NCBI GenBank assembly: GCA_050084985.1
Contig: JBITNC010000001.1
Coordinates: 40,238,001 to 40,302,000, forward strand
DNA: 64,000 nucleotides
Source: Nageia nagi
Taxonomy: Eukaryota > Plantae > Pinophyta
Reading direction: 5' to 3'
The translations under genes and the position numbers were made by a program. The first letter of the stretch is position 1. Every line of letters starts with the position of its first letter. Below the pieces are notes generated by a model. The model ran no database searches, was not told where the DNA came from, and saw nothing but the letters and a program-made list of their open reading frames with translations. This document shows positions 51,693 to 64,000 of the stretch, piece after piece.

Positions 51693-53720
51693 ACCCATTT
51701 TGGATATGCAATGACTTATATAAATTTGGCATATAGCATTTTCTAAAGCTCTACTTTCACTAAAAAAGCTTTAATAGGATGCATTCTTTAGGGTTTTTGT
51801 TTTACTAGCTTTGCATTCTCCCTCAAAGTCATATGGTGTACCACTAAGTTTATGTACAAACCTAACATATCCTAATAAGCATAAACAAAGATTTTGATTA
51901 TTTTCTATATTTGCATGTTCCACTCTTTCATTTCATCTTTAGTAAGAATCTGACCAAACTACACCATTTTGGGGTTATTAGTATCATCTCCTAAATAAAT
52001 TTAATAGCCTTCTCTACTAGTATATGAGATCCATCCTCCCATTGATGGTTAGAAAAGGGAAAATAGGTATCTTTATTCGGTTCTTCCTCATAATGGTAAA
52101 CATGGTCACACAAAAGAATAGAAGATTCATTTATGGAAAGATGATTAGTAGAAAGCATAAAGAAGTTAGCAATATATTGGTCCACCACATGAAAATCATC
52201 AAAATTAAGAGGATAAGCAAAAGGTGAAATGGAGGAGATTCCAATCATGTTGACTTGATCAAATAGAAAATATGGAATGGAACATTGAGACATGGGAAAG
52301 GAAGGTGATTCAAGTGGCATACCCTCATTAGGGGAGGAAGGTTCCTCAAAATATCCCTCATCCCAAATCTCATGGATTTGGTATGTAGCTATTATGGTTG
52401 GAGGACCCTTGCAACCAAGGGCTCATTTAAATTTATTGCCCTTAGTATATAGTTGCATCACATGTATAGTTCCTTGCTCATATATACCTAGGCCATAGCC
52501 CTTACATTTACACTTGGAAAAGTAGTGTCAAATGAATGGTAGTTTAGAAAGGTAATCTATCTTATTGAAAAATGCTTGTTTTGAGGATACCTTATACGTT
52601 TGGTAAGCTAGTAAGTCATACTTGCATACATAAAACAAGTTTGGTTATGGGATGGAACAAGAGGTACTAAAGTACCAATGGCCAAAGGAGACTCATGAGG
52701 GCATTCTGTATCATGCATGGAAAACATGTTAAACAAAATTTCATTGACAGAGTACTCCCTGATTCTAATATTTTGAAATTGTAAATATACTCATGATATA
52801 TGCTCTTGATTATCAATGGAGTTCTCTATATTTTGTTTTTTAGTTATAGTTTCAAGTTCATCTTTTTCCTTATTACCCTCCTCTATTTTAGATATTAATC
52901 TTTGTTCACTTATAGAGGAGTTATTTAGAACATATTTTTTATGATTCATTTTATCAAGCATTTTATCTAAGTGATATAATCATGCCTTATAAGAGATTTC
53001 TTCTTGAAGAATGGGGGAAGGAAAAACAAGCTTATCTTCTTTAGGCTCCTCATAGATGATCATTTGATAATCATGTTCATGCATATCTATGGAGATTTTT
53101 TTTATTTTTACTTAGAACTTCTTTCACAATTGATTCATTTTTTATTTCTTGAACATTATGTGATGATTTTGAAATTTTAGGTTCATCATTAATATTAGCA
53201 TGAAGAGGTAATGGATCTTGGTTGATGTGGATGATTTACAAAAAGATATGACTAGATGGAAGAATCGTACCATGAGGCAACTTAGTAAGGTTACAATGGT
53301 TAAATGGCTCCTCATCCATCCATATTCAATGCACTACTCCACCCTCTAAATATTTAACACATCCATGCAATATTGAAGGCATGGATTCCATTTCTCTTAT
53401 CCATGGATAAAAAAGAAATAAGTTGTACTATTATTCCCTATCAATGAACTAGAAATACTAATGATTTATCTTAGATCCCACCACTATAGGTAATATAATG
53501 CTACCAAAGGTGTTGCATAGCTAATTGTTGAATTCCACAAGATGATTGTAGGTGTTTGTAGATGTGATAAAGGTAGATTAAGTTTTCTCGATACCACTAG
53601 AGACACCAAATTTATGGTTGATCCACTATCTACCAAAAACCTCTTGAAATATTTTTCATGAACTTGGGAAATTATATGCAATGGAGGATCTTTATACTTT
53701 ATATTTACCATATTATGGAT
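51693..53720 (-). pseudogene. Protease, G-patch-like segment and RT N-terminus of the Ogre-like element
   Basis: ORF 53484-53711 RFLVDSGSTINLV; KGYGLGIYEQGT at ~52470-52505. Confidence 0.78.
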
Positions 53721-54326
53721 CTCATATTAGTATAATGGGATGCATAGCTCCACATTATCTTATCCATTCCCAATGAAGTTGACAAACTCATTTGAATTTG
53801 AGTCATCTAACTCAATGGTCTTCAAAATTTGATCTAACTTCTCTCTATGTTGATTTGAAGTTTTGATTAAGTTCCACAAGGAGAACTTAATAAAATTTAT
53901 CTTCAAAAATTATTCTAGATTGCTTTTCAAATTTTTTTGAATACCCCATTGTGCTAAAGGTGGGAGAGGAGTTATATGATTTGGAATATTGGTATCCTCT
54001 AACCTTCCTTATTGAGTTTAAAATTTATTATTCTCTTTTCCTTTATCCCTATATTAATGTTCCAATGTTGCTACATTAACCATTCCAACAAAGTGTGATT
54101 CTTCTTCTTACTACACCTACTACTGATGTGACCCATAATCATAAGGTATGTTTTGATATAGTATAGATTGATTGTAATTGCTTATAGTCCCTACTTGATT
54201 TACATTCTATTGGGATAATGGGTTTTGGTAGACTTGTAGATTTGCATTGGGAGTTGAATATGTACCATTAAGGACCAATTTCCTAGTATTAATGAATCTT
54301 TGTACCACTTTTTTTGAAATTCATAT

Positions 54327-57300
54327 TGTAGACCTCAAATAATGCATAAATAATAAATTGATTCACTATTTGTCTATAATATAATATTGAAGCTATATCA
54401 AAAATATGTCAATAAATAAACATGACAAGTGAGGTACCTTCATTAGATCTGCATTATTATGAAATAACATGAATCATACATCAAACACTACAACTCATTA
54501 TAAGAAATGCATGTCGTTAATGGCTTGAAATAAGTATATTCACATGCACACATTGAAGTATGTAGAATAAGATGAACGATGTAGCAAATCTGTAAATAGG
54601 TTGTGTTGCAAAATACCTTTGTTGATTTGGTAAAATGATATTGCATGTTTTAATCTCTCCTCCTCTCATCCCCCATCATGAGGGATTATGTTGCCTTTGA
54701 CATTCTTTTATAGCAACATTTTGATCTTCTTTAATTCTTGGGATCATTGCATATTACATTGTTTCTGGTGTCTTTCTTGATATTTGACATCTTTTACATT
54801 ATACCATGGTCCATTATATCGATTACATTTCCTTGGGGTATATTTTAACCCTCTTTATAATAAATATTCCTTGATGCTATAAAATGAATTATTTAATAAA
54901 TAATAATCCATTTTTAGGCATCTACATTTTGCCCCTCTTTAGAGGTGTGTTTGAAGAAATGAGATTACATATCCAAATAAGAAGTATAGAAGAAATTTTT
55001 TAAAGTCTCCATCTAATATTTCCATTTGATGATGATGAAGAGGGTCCTTTATTTCCCCCTTTTGACTTAGTTTCCCCAAGAAAGCTCCTTGAGTGGTGTA
55101 GCCAAGATAAAACTTGATGAACTATATCTTTTTTCCCTTTGTGATATTTTTTAAATGGATGAAACTCATCTCCTTTATATATGCTAATAGTTAGTCTTAT
55201 GGTCCCATGTACAATCTTCAAAATAGAAGAGGTTCTTTTTCCCCTTTCACTATTCAACCATGAATATAATTGTTCCTTTATCTTTGATACTCAAGAATCT
55301 GATGCTCTTACATCCATGCCTTGATATAGAATATGTATCTTTAATTTTACCTCTAAGTTTGTTGATGTGAACATCATTTATGGTGTGTAAACAATATTGA
55401 ATGTTATTAACAATATTAATTTTGCTTCATATTGCTTCCTTTATTTTTATGTAGGTACCTATAAAAACTCTATGATATACCTTGCATGAACTTATTTTGG
55501 ATACATAGTGAGTCACATCATCTATTGATGATGAGTTAATGTTAGCAATCTACTTATGGATACATCATCAGTTTATCTTTTAAGTGAGTGAACTCTCACT
55601 AGCCATATCAATGACCATCAATAACGTAGCATTTTTATGTCCATAGTCTGCATATATTATACTATATTTTTTTTATATTTTGTATACCATCTATCCACCA
55701 TCACATTGTTGACAACATTAAGATAGTATTGCACATCATTGATAGCATGAATCCTTATTAGATTTGTTCAAAAATTCTTCATGTACCACTATACTACCAT
55801 TCTAAGGGAATTATGCTACAAAACCTATAATTTCCTATCCTTTTACAAACTTTTATTTGACTACATTGATATCAAATATTTGCAATGCAATTTCCCCCTA
55901 GGAAAATAATGTAGTTGATATGGAGAAATATGCTTCTTTCCTAAAATCCATTACAACTAAACTCTTACTTCATATCAACATGTAGCAATGTACAATCAAC
56001 TCTTATCCCTCTAGTAGGCATAATAACTAGTAATCCATTAAAATATGAAATCACATTTGTTTCCTCATCTTCTTGAAAAATTTCATTAACATTCACTTCC
56101 TTTTCAAAATTTTCTTACCCACTAAGGACATAATCTACCTTCATTATTTCATTTGACTTAGATAATTCTAAATATGCCCCCATGTGTTCTAAGATATCAT
56201 CATAATTAGAGAAACCAAATTCACTTGGTATAGTATCATCAATCCATAAATCCTCATCAAAATTAATAGGTTTAGTATCATCAAAACATAAATCCTCATC
56301 AAAATTAATAGGTTTAGTATCATCAAACCATAAATCCTCATCATTATCATCATATTTATGCACAAAAGGATAAGGAAAGGAATTACCCATTATAGCTATT
56401 ACTTTCTCTTCAACATTACGCTTGGGGATCTTGTAATCAAGTGGTGGTGAACAATCATGGATGGTATTCAAACTTTGCATTGCATCTATCTACTTTTGTA
56501 GATCACTTATTGATTTAGCTAATGACACTAGGGTTGGATCTATAGCTAATTGTGAATTACTACCTAAACGTTGCATTGAATCCACTTACTTGGCTAGATA
56601 TTGCACTATTTTAGCCAACTATGCTAGAGTTTATTTCATTTTTCATGCCACTAATGTCCTAAAAACAATCTATGCACACCATTTATAGCATTAATATTTC
56701 ACAAAAATATCATGAGATCTTGCTGATAGAGTAAGATTAATCAATAATAGTTAGGTTCACCAAAATGTAGACTCTAAATAATGTATAAATAATAAATCGA
56801 TTCACTATTTATCCATAATATAATATTGAAGCATGTATCAAAGATATGTCAATAAATGAACATGATAAATGAGACACCTTCATTAGATTCACATCAACAT
56901 GAAATAACATAATCATAAATCAATCACAATAACTCATTATAAGAAATTCACATCATTAATAGCCTAAAAGAAGTAGATTCACATGCACAAATTGAAGTAT
57001 GTAGAACAAGATAAAGAGTATTACAGATCCAACTTCAAACATAATGATATACCATGCATAAAACACCATTAATGGCCTAAAATATGATGAATCTAACCTC
57101 ATGCAAAGAACATAATATGATCACCACAACTAGGGCATAACAAATCCAAGGTTAATTGGTGATGTTTGAAGATACTATTTCAATTGTGGTGCATTTATTG
57201 GACTTTCTTTGCATATTGAATATCTTGCTTTGATCTTCTTTTATAGATGCATTTGTTATTGAAATATACACATTTTACATTGATATTTGCTAATTACATT

Positions 57301-57395
57301 GCTTATGGTACATTTACACCCTTTTTATAATAACATTATTTAATACAATAAATATGAATTATTAATTAAAAATAAATCATATTTAAGCATCTACA
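54327..57395 (-). mobile_element. Small LTR element (3069 bp) with no recognisable RT or gag; integrase-like remnant
   Basis: LTRs 54327-54926 and 56766-57395 (TGTAGA...TCTACA). TSD CATAT/CATAC. PBS TGGTGAACCTAAC (56762-56750). PPT AAAGAGGGGCAAAA (54940-54927). Confidence 0.9.
56115..56480 (-). CDS. 121-aa acidic ORF of unknown function with a 14-aa repeat (DEDLWFDDTKPINF, ~2.7 copies; 42-bp unit at 56231-56343)
   Basis: ORF track; first coding-like segment after the PBS; probably part of a longer decayed ORF. Confidence 0.4.
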   Translation of the reverse strand: MQSLNTIHDCSPPLDYKIPKRNVEEKVIAIMGNSFPYPFVHKYDDNDEDLWFDDTKPINFDEDLCFDDTKPINFDEDLWIDDTIPSEFGFSNYDDILEHMGAYLELSKSNEIMKVDYVLSG

Positions 57396-57400
57396 CATAC

Positions 57401-59887
57401 ATCAGTCAGTACTATGACCTTGAGCCCTATGGAATTCATAAAATTTGTCATCCTTATACTATGGTTTTGAGGCCCAATATAGATTCTATCTAACTTCTAT
57501 TCACCTTAATAATTTAGCATCATTCAATTTTGTGAATATTTAGGACAACGATTCTCCCAACACTATGACCTTTTATTATTTTGATTGAAGTTTTGATTCT
57601 AATTATAGGGCTGATTTGGCAAACTCAAATAATTTTATTACATATTTTGTAGTTGAGGCTATGGTGGTTCTTGGAGAATTACTTGATTAATTTGAGTCTT
57701 ACCTCTATTTTTATGACCATTCTTATTAGATTTATATCCTCTATTGTTATTTTATTTTTTGGCCAACTTAAGCTCCCCATTTTGTACCATCACTTCTTCT
57801 ATAATTTTGGCTTATGAAATAGTATCCTCAAAGGTCCTTAGTTATTGAATTTGAATAAGTTTAAATATTTTTCTATTACAACTCTTGCTAAATAGTCCCA
57901 CAAATTCTTCCTAAGGTCATAAGATTCTCATATCAATAATTAGATACCTCCATCTAACAATATAATCTGATATAGATTCTTGTTCAAACTGAGACAACTT
58001 TGTAAGATCAGTAATTGATGACCTCTTCTTTATATTGATGGAAAAATATTCAAGAAAGAGGTTATCCAATTATTCAAATGTATATAAACTATTTTGAGGC
58101 AATGAATTACACCAATTAATTGCTTGGCCCCCAACGGTCATTAGAAAAGTCCTCAATAATAGTACATCATCATTTGTTATTTGATAACAAGCGTACTTAA
58201 AGTAACTAAAGTTATTTTTATGATCATATTTGTTTTTAAAATTTTTAATCTTATGAATTTCAAATTTTCATGGATATTGCCTCATTGGAACCCAAGTATT
58301 AATTATCTCACTACAAATCTCCCAATAACTAATTTTAGAAAGCCATTGATTATTATATCTTTCTTCTAGTTCTTTTATCCTCTTCATGATTCCATCTTCA
58401 TTAGTCATATTAGACTGATTTGGACCACCATAGGGATGATTTTGATAGACTAATTAGGGGTTATTAAATAAACTCATTTTCCTCCCAAATGAATGAGCAT
58501 TAGGATTATAATGAGTCCCTTATTGTCCCCAAGAATGCCCTTGCATTTTTTTCCCATAACCTTATTACACATTTTGATCATAACCTTGTTGTGAATCTTA
58601 AAACTAATATTGTACATTTTTTAAATAAGGTTTTTATGTATTTTGGTCTTCATTTTACATATTTGTCACATACAATTTTTGTGCACCTTATGGAGGATTT
58701 TGGGACTAATTATGTTGCATACTAGAAATTTGATTTTGATTCCATGTGAGATGGAGTAGAGGAACCTTGGTGTGAATTTACTTGAGAATAGATGGATTTT
58801 GAGTATTTTATGCTCCATATGAATTTTGCATATTACTCTAAGTATCACTTTAGAATTTTAACTCATCATTGGGTGGAATATTTTGGAAGTTGGCCATATT
58901 TTTATATTACATATATTAAGTATTTGGTTTGGCATGCACAAAATTTTGATCAAGGTATAACCAATCATCAATATTGACTTGGTTAGAAGTATTAAGAATA
59001 GGTTCAAGCATTCTAACATTTGTATCTATTTTCCATGCCACTTGGTTGGTTGGAATTTGTGAACTAGAAGTAGCATTATTTGGAATATTTGGTTGGTTTT
59101 GAGTGGTAATATTTTAAGAATAATTTGGCTGATTTGAATTTATTTCCCTTTGAAATGGATTGTGTGGTTATTATTGCGTAACATTTTGGAACATAAGCCT
59201 TGAGTTTTGGAAAACAATTTATACAATGTTTGGGCATGGTTGTGGAATACTTTGGTTATATTGAGATAACCTCATATTAAATAGATCTTATGCTTCTTGA
59301 ATATTATGTTGGAAGCTTTGTAAGTTACTATTTAGCTTTATGTCCTCCACAATAGGAGGTTATTTGGACTAATATGATGATTTAAAGGTGGGGTCTTGGA
59401 TGGTAGGCAATCTATAATCTTGTGGAGGAAACCAATTTTAGCCAATATGTTATGTTATGGATGGATTTTGTAGATATGGTGAATCAAAAGTGGTATATGG
59501 TTAAAATTTTTTATTTTTCATTCAATCCATAATCTCTTGGTACCAATTAGATGTATTTGTACTTTCTTTATTAATTTTTTATTGAGCAAGAGTTTTAATG
59601 GTAGCCTTTGGAGGCTCATGTTCATCCATCATTACATAATTACATTGGTTTAATCATACTAGAACATTCCTTGATGTAATTTGACATTTTGTGGAGGATT
59701 GAGTTGTAGGGATAGAAGTATTGTGCACTTATTCCATAACTTTTGCTAATTCATTTAGAGTGAGCCTTTGAAAGGTTTGAAGAGATTTGGTAAATAAGAT
59801 GGATGCATCATCAATATGAGGAACATTCTCTTCTTTGAATACATTATACTCATTCTTTTTTAGAGTTTAATACCTTTTCTCAACCAT
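57401..59887 (-). pseudogene. gag: gag of the Ogre-like element (continues at 54326-53720 after the insertion)
   Basis: MVEKR start; N/Q/P-rich region; DDVLLLRTFLMTVGGQAINW; LFLEYFSINIKKRSSITDLTKLSQFEQESISDYIVRWR. Confidence 0.82.
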
Positions 59888-61185
59888 CCCTATGGTAGGA
59901 TTCTCATCCCACCAAATCACATCCATGGATGAATCAAAAACCATTCACATGGCTATAAAGATAAACTTTAGGACAAGATAAGCAAAACTAAACTAAAACT
60001 TGCTCAAAAATAGAAATAGACAAACAACACCAAGCCTATGATATATTAAGATTAAATATTTATTTAGTGTGAATGAAATTTAACCAATCAAATTAATATG
60101 AAATGCAAGTATAAATAAAGATAGTAATGTGATAGATAGCAATTTTCATTTACTTTTCTATGCTACTTCATTTAAATAGACTCTTATCTTTTTAATTTTG
60201 ATTGGTTTTAATGCAATTGTTAATTCTAACTCACATTTTTTATTTTTTACTAAAATATAATGCTAGACAAGCATTTATCAAGGTAAGGCTCAATATTTAA
60301 GGATGTAAAATGTTTATCAAGGTGTCTCAAGTGCCCTCTATAGGAAGCTATACCAAATAGAGGGGGCACTCCTACTTCGGTTTTCAACTCTATGTAAGGG
60401 TTAGGCTATGGAAGTCAAGTCCATGTACCCTAGATACTTCCTATTATTGTGATGGAATTTAATGCGATAAAGCAAATATGAAGATGCAACACTATGATAA
60501 AATGAAAATATATTCCTTCAATAATGCTTGGCAATCTCACCCAATTTATGCTCTTTTGATTTATTTTTTTTGTAAATCAAAGTAATGAAAAATTATAATT
60601 TTGGGTGAAAGAAGCAAAGAACACAAAAGTCCTAGAAACAAGGAAAAAAACCTCTTTCAAGATTTAAATTTTATATCGAAAGTAATTTTCTTATGGATTT
60701 ACAATACCCTACAAGATGAATGTAAAGTTTTCACTAAGATAAGAAAATGAAATGGTAAGCCTAAGATGTAAATACTAAAGAAATAGTATAGACCAAATGA
60801 TTAAAGTAATTCAAATTATTACTTAGAAACCAATGTTCCCTTCTGCTCCAAGCTGTAATGCTCAATAGGTTATAGGTCCCTCAAAAAATGAGAGATTTTA
60901 AAAATATGCCAATTACTAAGGTAAATAAAAAATAAAAATAGGTTCACACTTTCAACATGAGTGTGATCACAACCTCCTAGGTGTTCATAAATGGTGTACT
61001 TGGTTGTGACAAGCCAAAAACCAAATCCTATTACAAAATTTTGCTAAATTATTTAAAAATAAATTACTTCACTATTAGAAGGCATAATCACAGTTTCACT
61101 TGATTTGATTTTTCTAGTAAAACGCCCTCTCTATTTTAAGGCATAGTACATATTTGACCTTTTGAAAATAGATTTTGTCCTACTA

Positions 61186-64000
61186 TGTTAGGATCCCACA
61201 TTCTAACATTTACTTATTCTTATTTATATTTTAGTTAATATAATTATTTTCTTACATTGGCTTCTAATGTGAACCATCATATTTTGTAAGGTGAAGTGTC
61301 ATTTTGAATGTAAAGTGCCAATTAGGGTAGGAGGAATATAAATACTTTTAAGAAGGTAAAGAGATCATCTTGGAAAATCATTTGTATTTTTGAGCTGTAA
61401 GGAGGAATCCCCTTCAAAGTAGCTTATGATTCACATTGCTATCAGTAAAGTTAGTTTATTTTATTGTGTGTTGTTAATTTGAGTTTCTTGTTCCATTTGC
61501 TTTAATTGATCCATTATGAGTTTGTGGTTCTTTTATATTTCAATATTTCTTACAGTATTTAGGGTAATAACCCCTTTTAGTTCTTCTAGGTTCCTAACAA
61601 ATGGTATTATAGCCTCAATTTTGGCTATCTATGGGCATTTCTATATATTTACACCAAGTGAGAAACCTAGAAATTATCCTTTTTACAATTGAAACTTTGC
61701 CTAATTTTTTGTAGATTGAAAGGTTGCATTGAAGTGGAATCCTAGACTTAACCCATTCTTAATATTTTTTTCAAAAATCATCAAATTGAGACTTAACCTA
61801 TTTGTGATATTTTTTTGAGCTAATCATTTCAATATATAGCACCCATACACTTTTTTAGTTTCCAAAAATAGTAGTTACTAAAAATAGTAAGTTAGGACCT
61901 AGCTTGTATTTCAAGTGGAAGGAAGAATATCTCAAACCCCACTTTGGAAAAATTAGATCATGAGGTTAGACAACTTAGAGCTCACCTTGGTGGAGTCGAT
62001 CCCAAATTTGCTTTTCAAGACATAAATGGCAAATTCACTGAATTGATAAAGAAGCTTGTTGGATTGGGAACTAATTATGATTCAATGAATTCAATTCTAT
62101 TGTAAGTACAAAAAATATCTCAATAAGCTCTGCAATAATCATCTATACAATAACCAAGCTCATACTAAACTACACCAAGTACAAGTGTTCAACAATTTTC
62201 AATGCATAATACTCAATTGTAAGCACAACATGTGCATATAAGAGGCCCCCAAGCCTTCATCCTTCTATAGATAATTAAGTTGGATTTCCTTGGATTTTAT
62301 GGAGAAGATCTAATGAGATAGATTTATAGAGCATAATAAAACTTTACACTAAATCAAATTCCTAAGGTTTAGAAGGTCAATATTGCTTCTTTCCACTTGG
62401 AGCATGAGGCCATTCAGTGGTATTGATGGTTTGAAAAACTAATGAGATTCCTTGTTGGGGGTATTTTACAAAAAACTTGTTAGTGAGGTTTATCCCAAGT
62501 GCTTTTGAGGATTTCATAGGAGCCCATTAAAATCCTTTTCAAAAATCAACATTGAAGAAATATTAGACACAATTTGAAAAGCTTGCAAATCACACAAAGG
62601 GATTAGATGAATCATTTTTTAGGAGTTTCTTAATTAATGGGCTGAAGGAAGACATCAGGGTAGAATTTAAAATGTTTAATCCTACCACTATGATATAGGC
62701 CATTGGGTTATCCAAATTGACCAAAGACAAATTCAATACCAAGCATAGACAAGGGAAGTAACCATTTAACAAACCTTAAGGTTATCAAGCTTCTTCAAAA
62801 CTTACTCATTTATTTCAAATTAAAAGACTCAATCAAGAGGAAATGAATAAACATAAAATGAAGGATCTTTGCTATAATTATGATGAAAAGTATGCAACTA
62901 GCCATTGATGTGCTACATCAAGGTTGTATTTTCTTAATGTTAATTTTTTTGATGATTCATAAGAGGAGATTGTTATCAAAGAAGAAGTTAATGAGATTGA
63001 AATAACTAAAGTAGAAGTTCATGTAGTTTCTTGCAGTTTATTACAAAAATTATGACACCCTAAATAATGAAGGTTCATGGATATTATAAAAAGTAGTCCC
63101 TCATTATTTTACTTGACTAAAATAGAACACATAATTTTATTGACCCTAGTATTCCCTAACAAGCTAATTATTTTATATATCCTCAAAATAATTTTGATGT
63201 ACTAATTAGAAGTTAAATTAGAATTTATTCCAAGCAGAAATACTACAATGTTAAGATCAACATGGGTGATTATTATAAGTATAGTGACATGTATGTACTT
63301 CCATTAGGAGGGTGTGATGTGGTCCTAGGAGTTTAATGGTTAAGAACATTAGGACATATACTATGGGAATTCCTTCAACTATTGATGAAATTCACAATTA
63401 TAGGATATGCATCTCACCTCACTAGATTACATGCTAGTCCATCATAGATTATAAGTTCTTATCATATGGAGAAGCTGATTCAAAAAGGAAGAAATGGGAT
63501 GGTAACATAACAATTTGTAATACAACCAAGTGCATAAGAGGGAGGTGAATTAGCATAGCTACAAAAATTATTTGTACATCATGAAAAGTTTTTTGAAGAA
63601 GCAAAAGGGTTACCCCCAATCACCCTTAATACCACACTATAAAACTAATTCTTAGTATTCAACCACCCAACATTCGATCCTACTACTATCCTTATTTTTG
63701 GAAATATGAAATTGAATGGTTGATATAGGAGATGATGGAAGTAGGAATTATCAGGCCAAGTGTTAGTTCTTACTTTCACCTTTCATATTAGTCTAAAAAA
63801 AGGATGGAACTTGGTGGTTATGTATAGACTTTTAATAAAGTAATTATGAAAGATAAATTCCCTATTCCCATCATTGATAAATTGTTGGATGAGCTACATG
63901 GAGCTAAATATTTCTTGAAACTAGATCTATGATTAGGATATCATTATATCCAACTTTGTGAACAAGATGTTCAAAAAACAACTTGTTGGATTCATAAGAT
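61186..64000 (+). mobile_element. Chromovirus-type Ty3/gypsy element (Reina-like), truncated by the window end
   Basis: 414-bp LTR TGTTAGGA...TCCTAACA (61186-61599); Met-type PBS TGGTATTATAGC (61602-61613); gag, PR and RT motifs follow. Confidence 0.88.
61960..64000 (+). pseudogene. gag-protease-RT (partial), many stops
   Basis: LDFLGFYGEDL..KVNIASFHLEHEAIQW; KDLCYNYDEKYATSH*C; LLD*NRTHNFID; DVVLGV*WLRTLG; [12 protein letters not shown]; [27 protein letters not shown]. Confidence 0.9.

Larger units (their letters stand above)
39656..61185 (-). mobile_element. Ogre/Tat-like Ty3/gypsy element (RT-RH-aRH-INT), decayed, with nested insertions; 5' LTR not in the window
   Basis: Minus-strand gag (ATG ~59887), PR, G-patch, RT, RH, aRH and INT. 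Long 3' region with tandem repeats and an antisense PMD ORF. Candidate LTR/PPT junction ggtatctaaa|ttttacccttg at 40743. Left boundary uncertain. Confidence 0.8.

Noticed and set aside
1-64000. Fungal RIP as the cause of C-to-T decay
   Set aside because: The element lineages (Athila, Tat/Ogre, Tekay, PMD cargo) are plant-type, and the changes I inspected fit CG/CHG contexts. This was not formally quantified.

Overview
AT-rich eukaryotic DNA, strongly depleted of CpG and CHG, made almost entirely of nested, decayed plant transposable elements. I see no intact host gene, RNA gene or CRISPR array. A gymnosperm origin is inferred from the TatII-type domain order. Reconstruction by eye: (1) a spliced, decayed CACTA/En-Spm TnpA-like gene (~670-15330) split by (2) a relatively young full-length Athila-type Ty3/gypsy element (2320-14643; 1.4-kb LTRs, GTATC TSD, gag-pol plus a long 3' accessory ORF). 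(3) An old, very degenerate Tekay/Del-like element starts at 16149, with its 3' LTR from 38054. It carries a probable solo LTR (~20994-21639) and (4) a full-length TatII-like element (22903-35583) with the order PR-aRH-RT-RH-INT and a long 3' ORF. (5) A minus-strand Ogre/Tat element (~39656 to beyond 61185) sits in the Tekay 3' LTR and carries an antisense plant mobile domain (PMD) ORF and a G-patch. It hosts (6) a 2.3-kb non-autonomous gag-remnant LTR element (49367-51692), (7) a 3.1-kb LTR element apparently retaining only an integrase-like remnant (54327-57395), and (8) a Reina-like chromovirus from 61186 to the window end. The most unusual observations are a tRNA-3'-end-like, CCA-ending hairpin where the TatII element should have its polypurine tract, and the integrase-only mini element with a tRNA-Trp-like PBS. 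Coordinates of LTR/TSD junctions were read directly; protein-domain boundaries are approximate.
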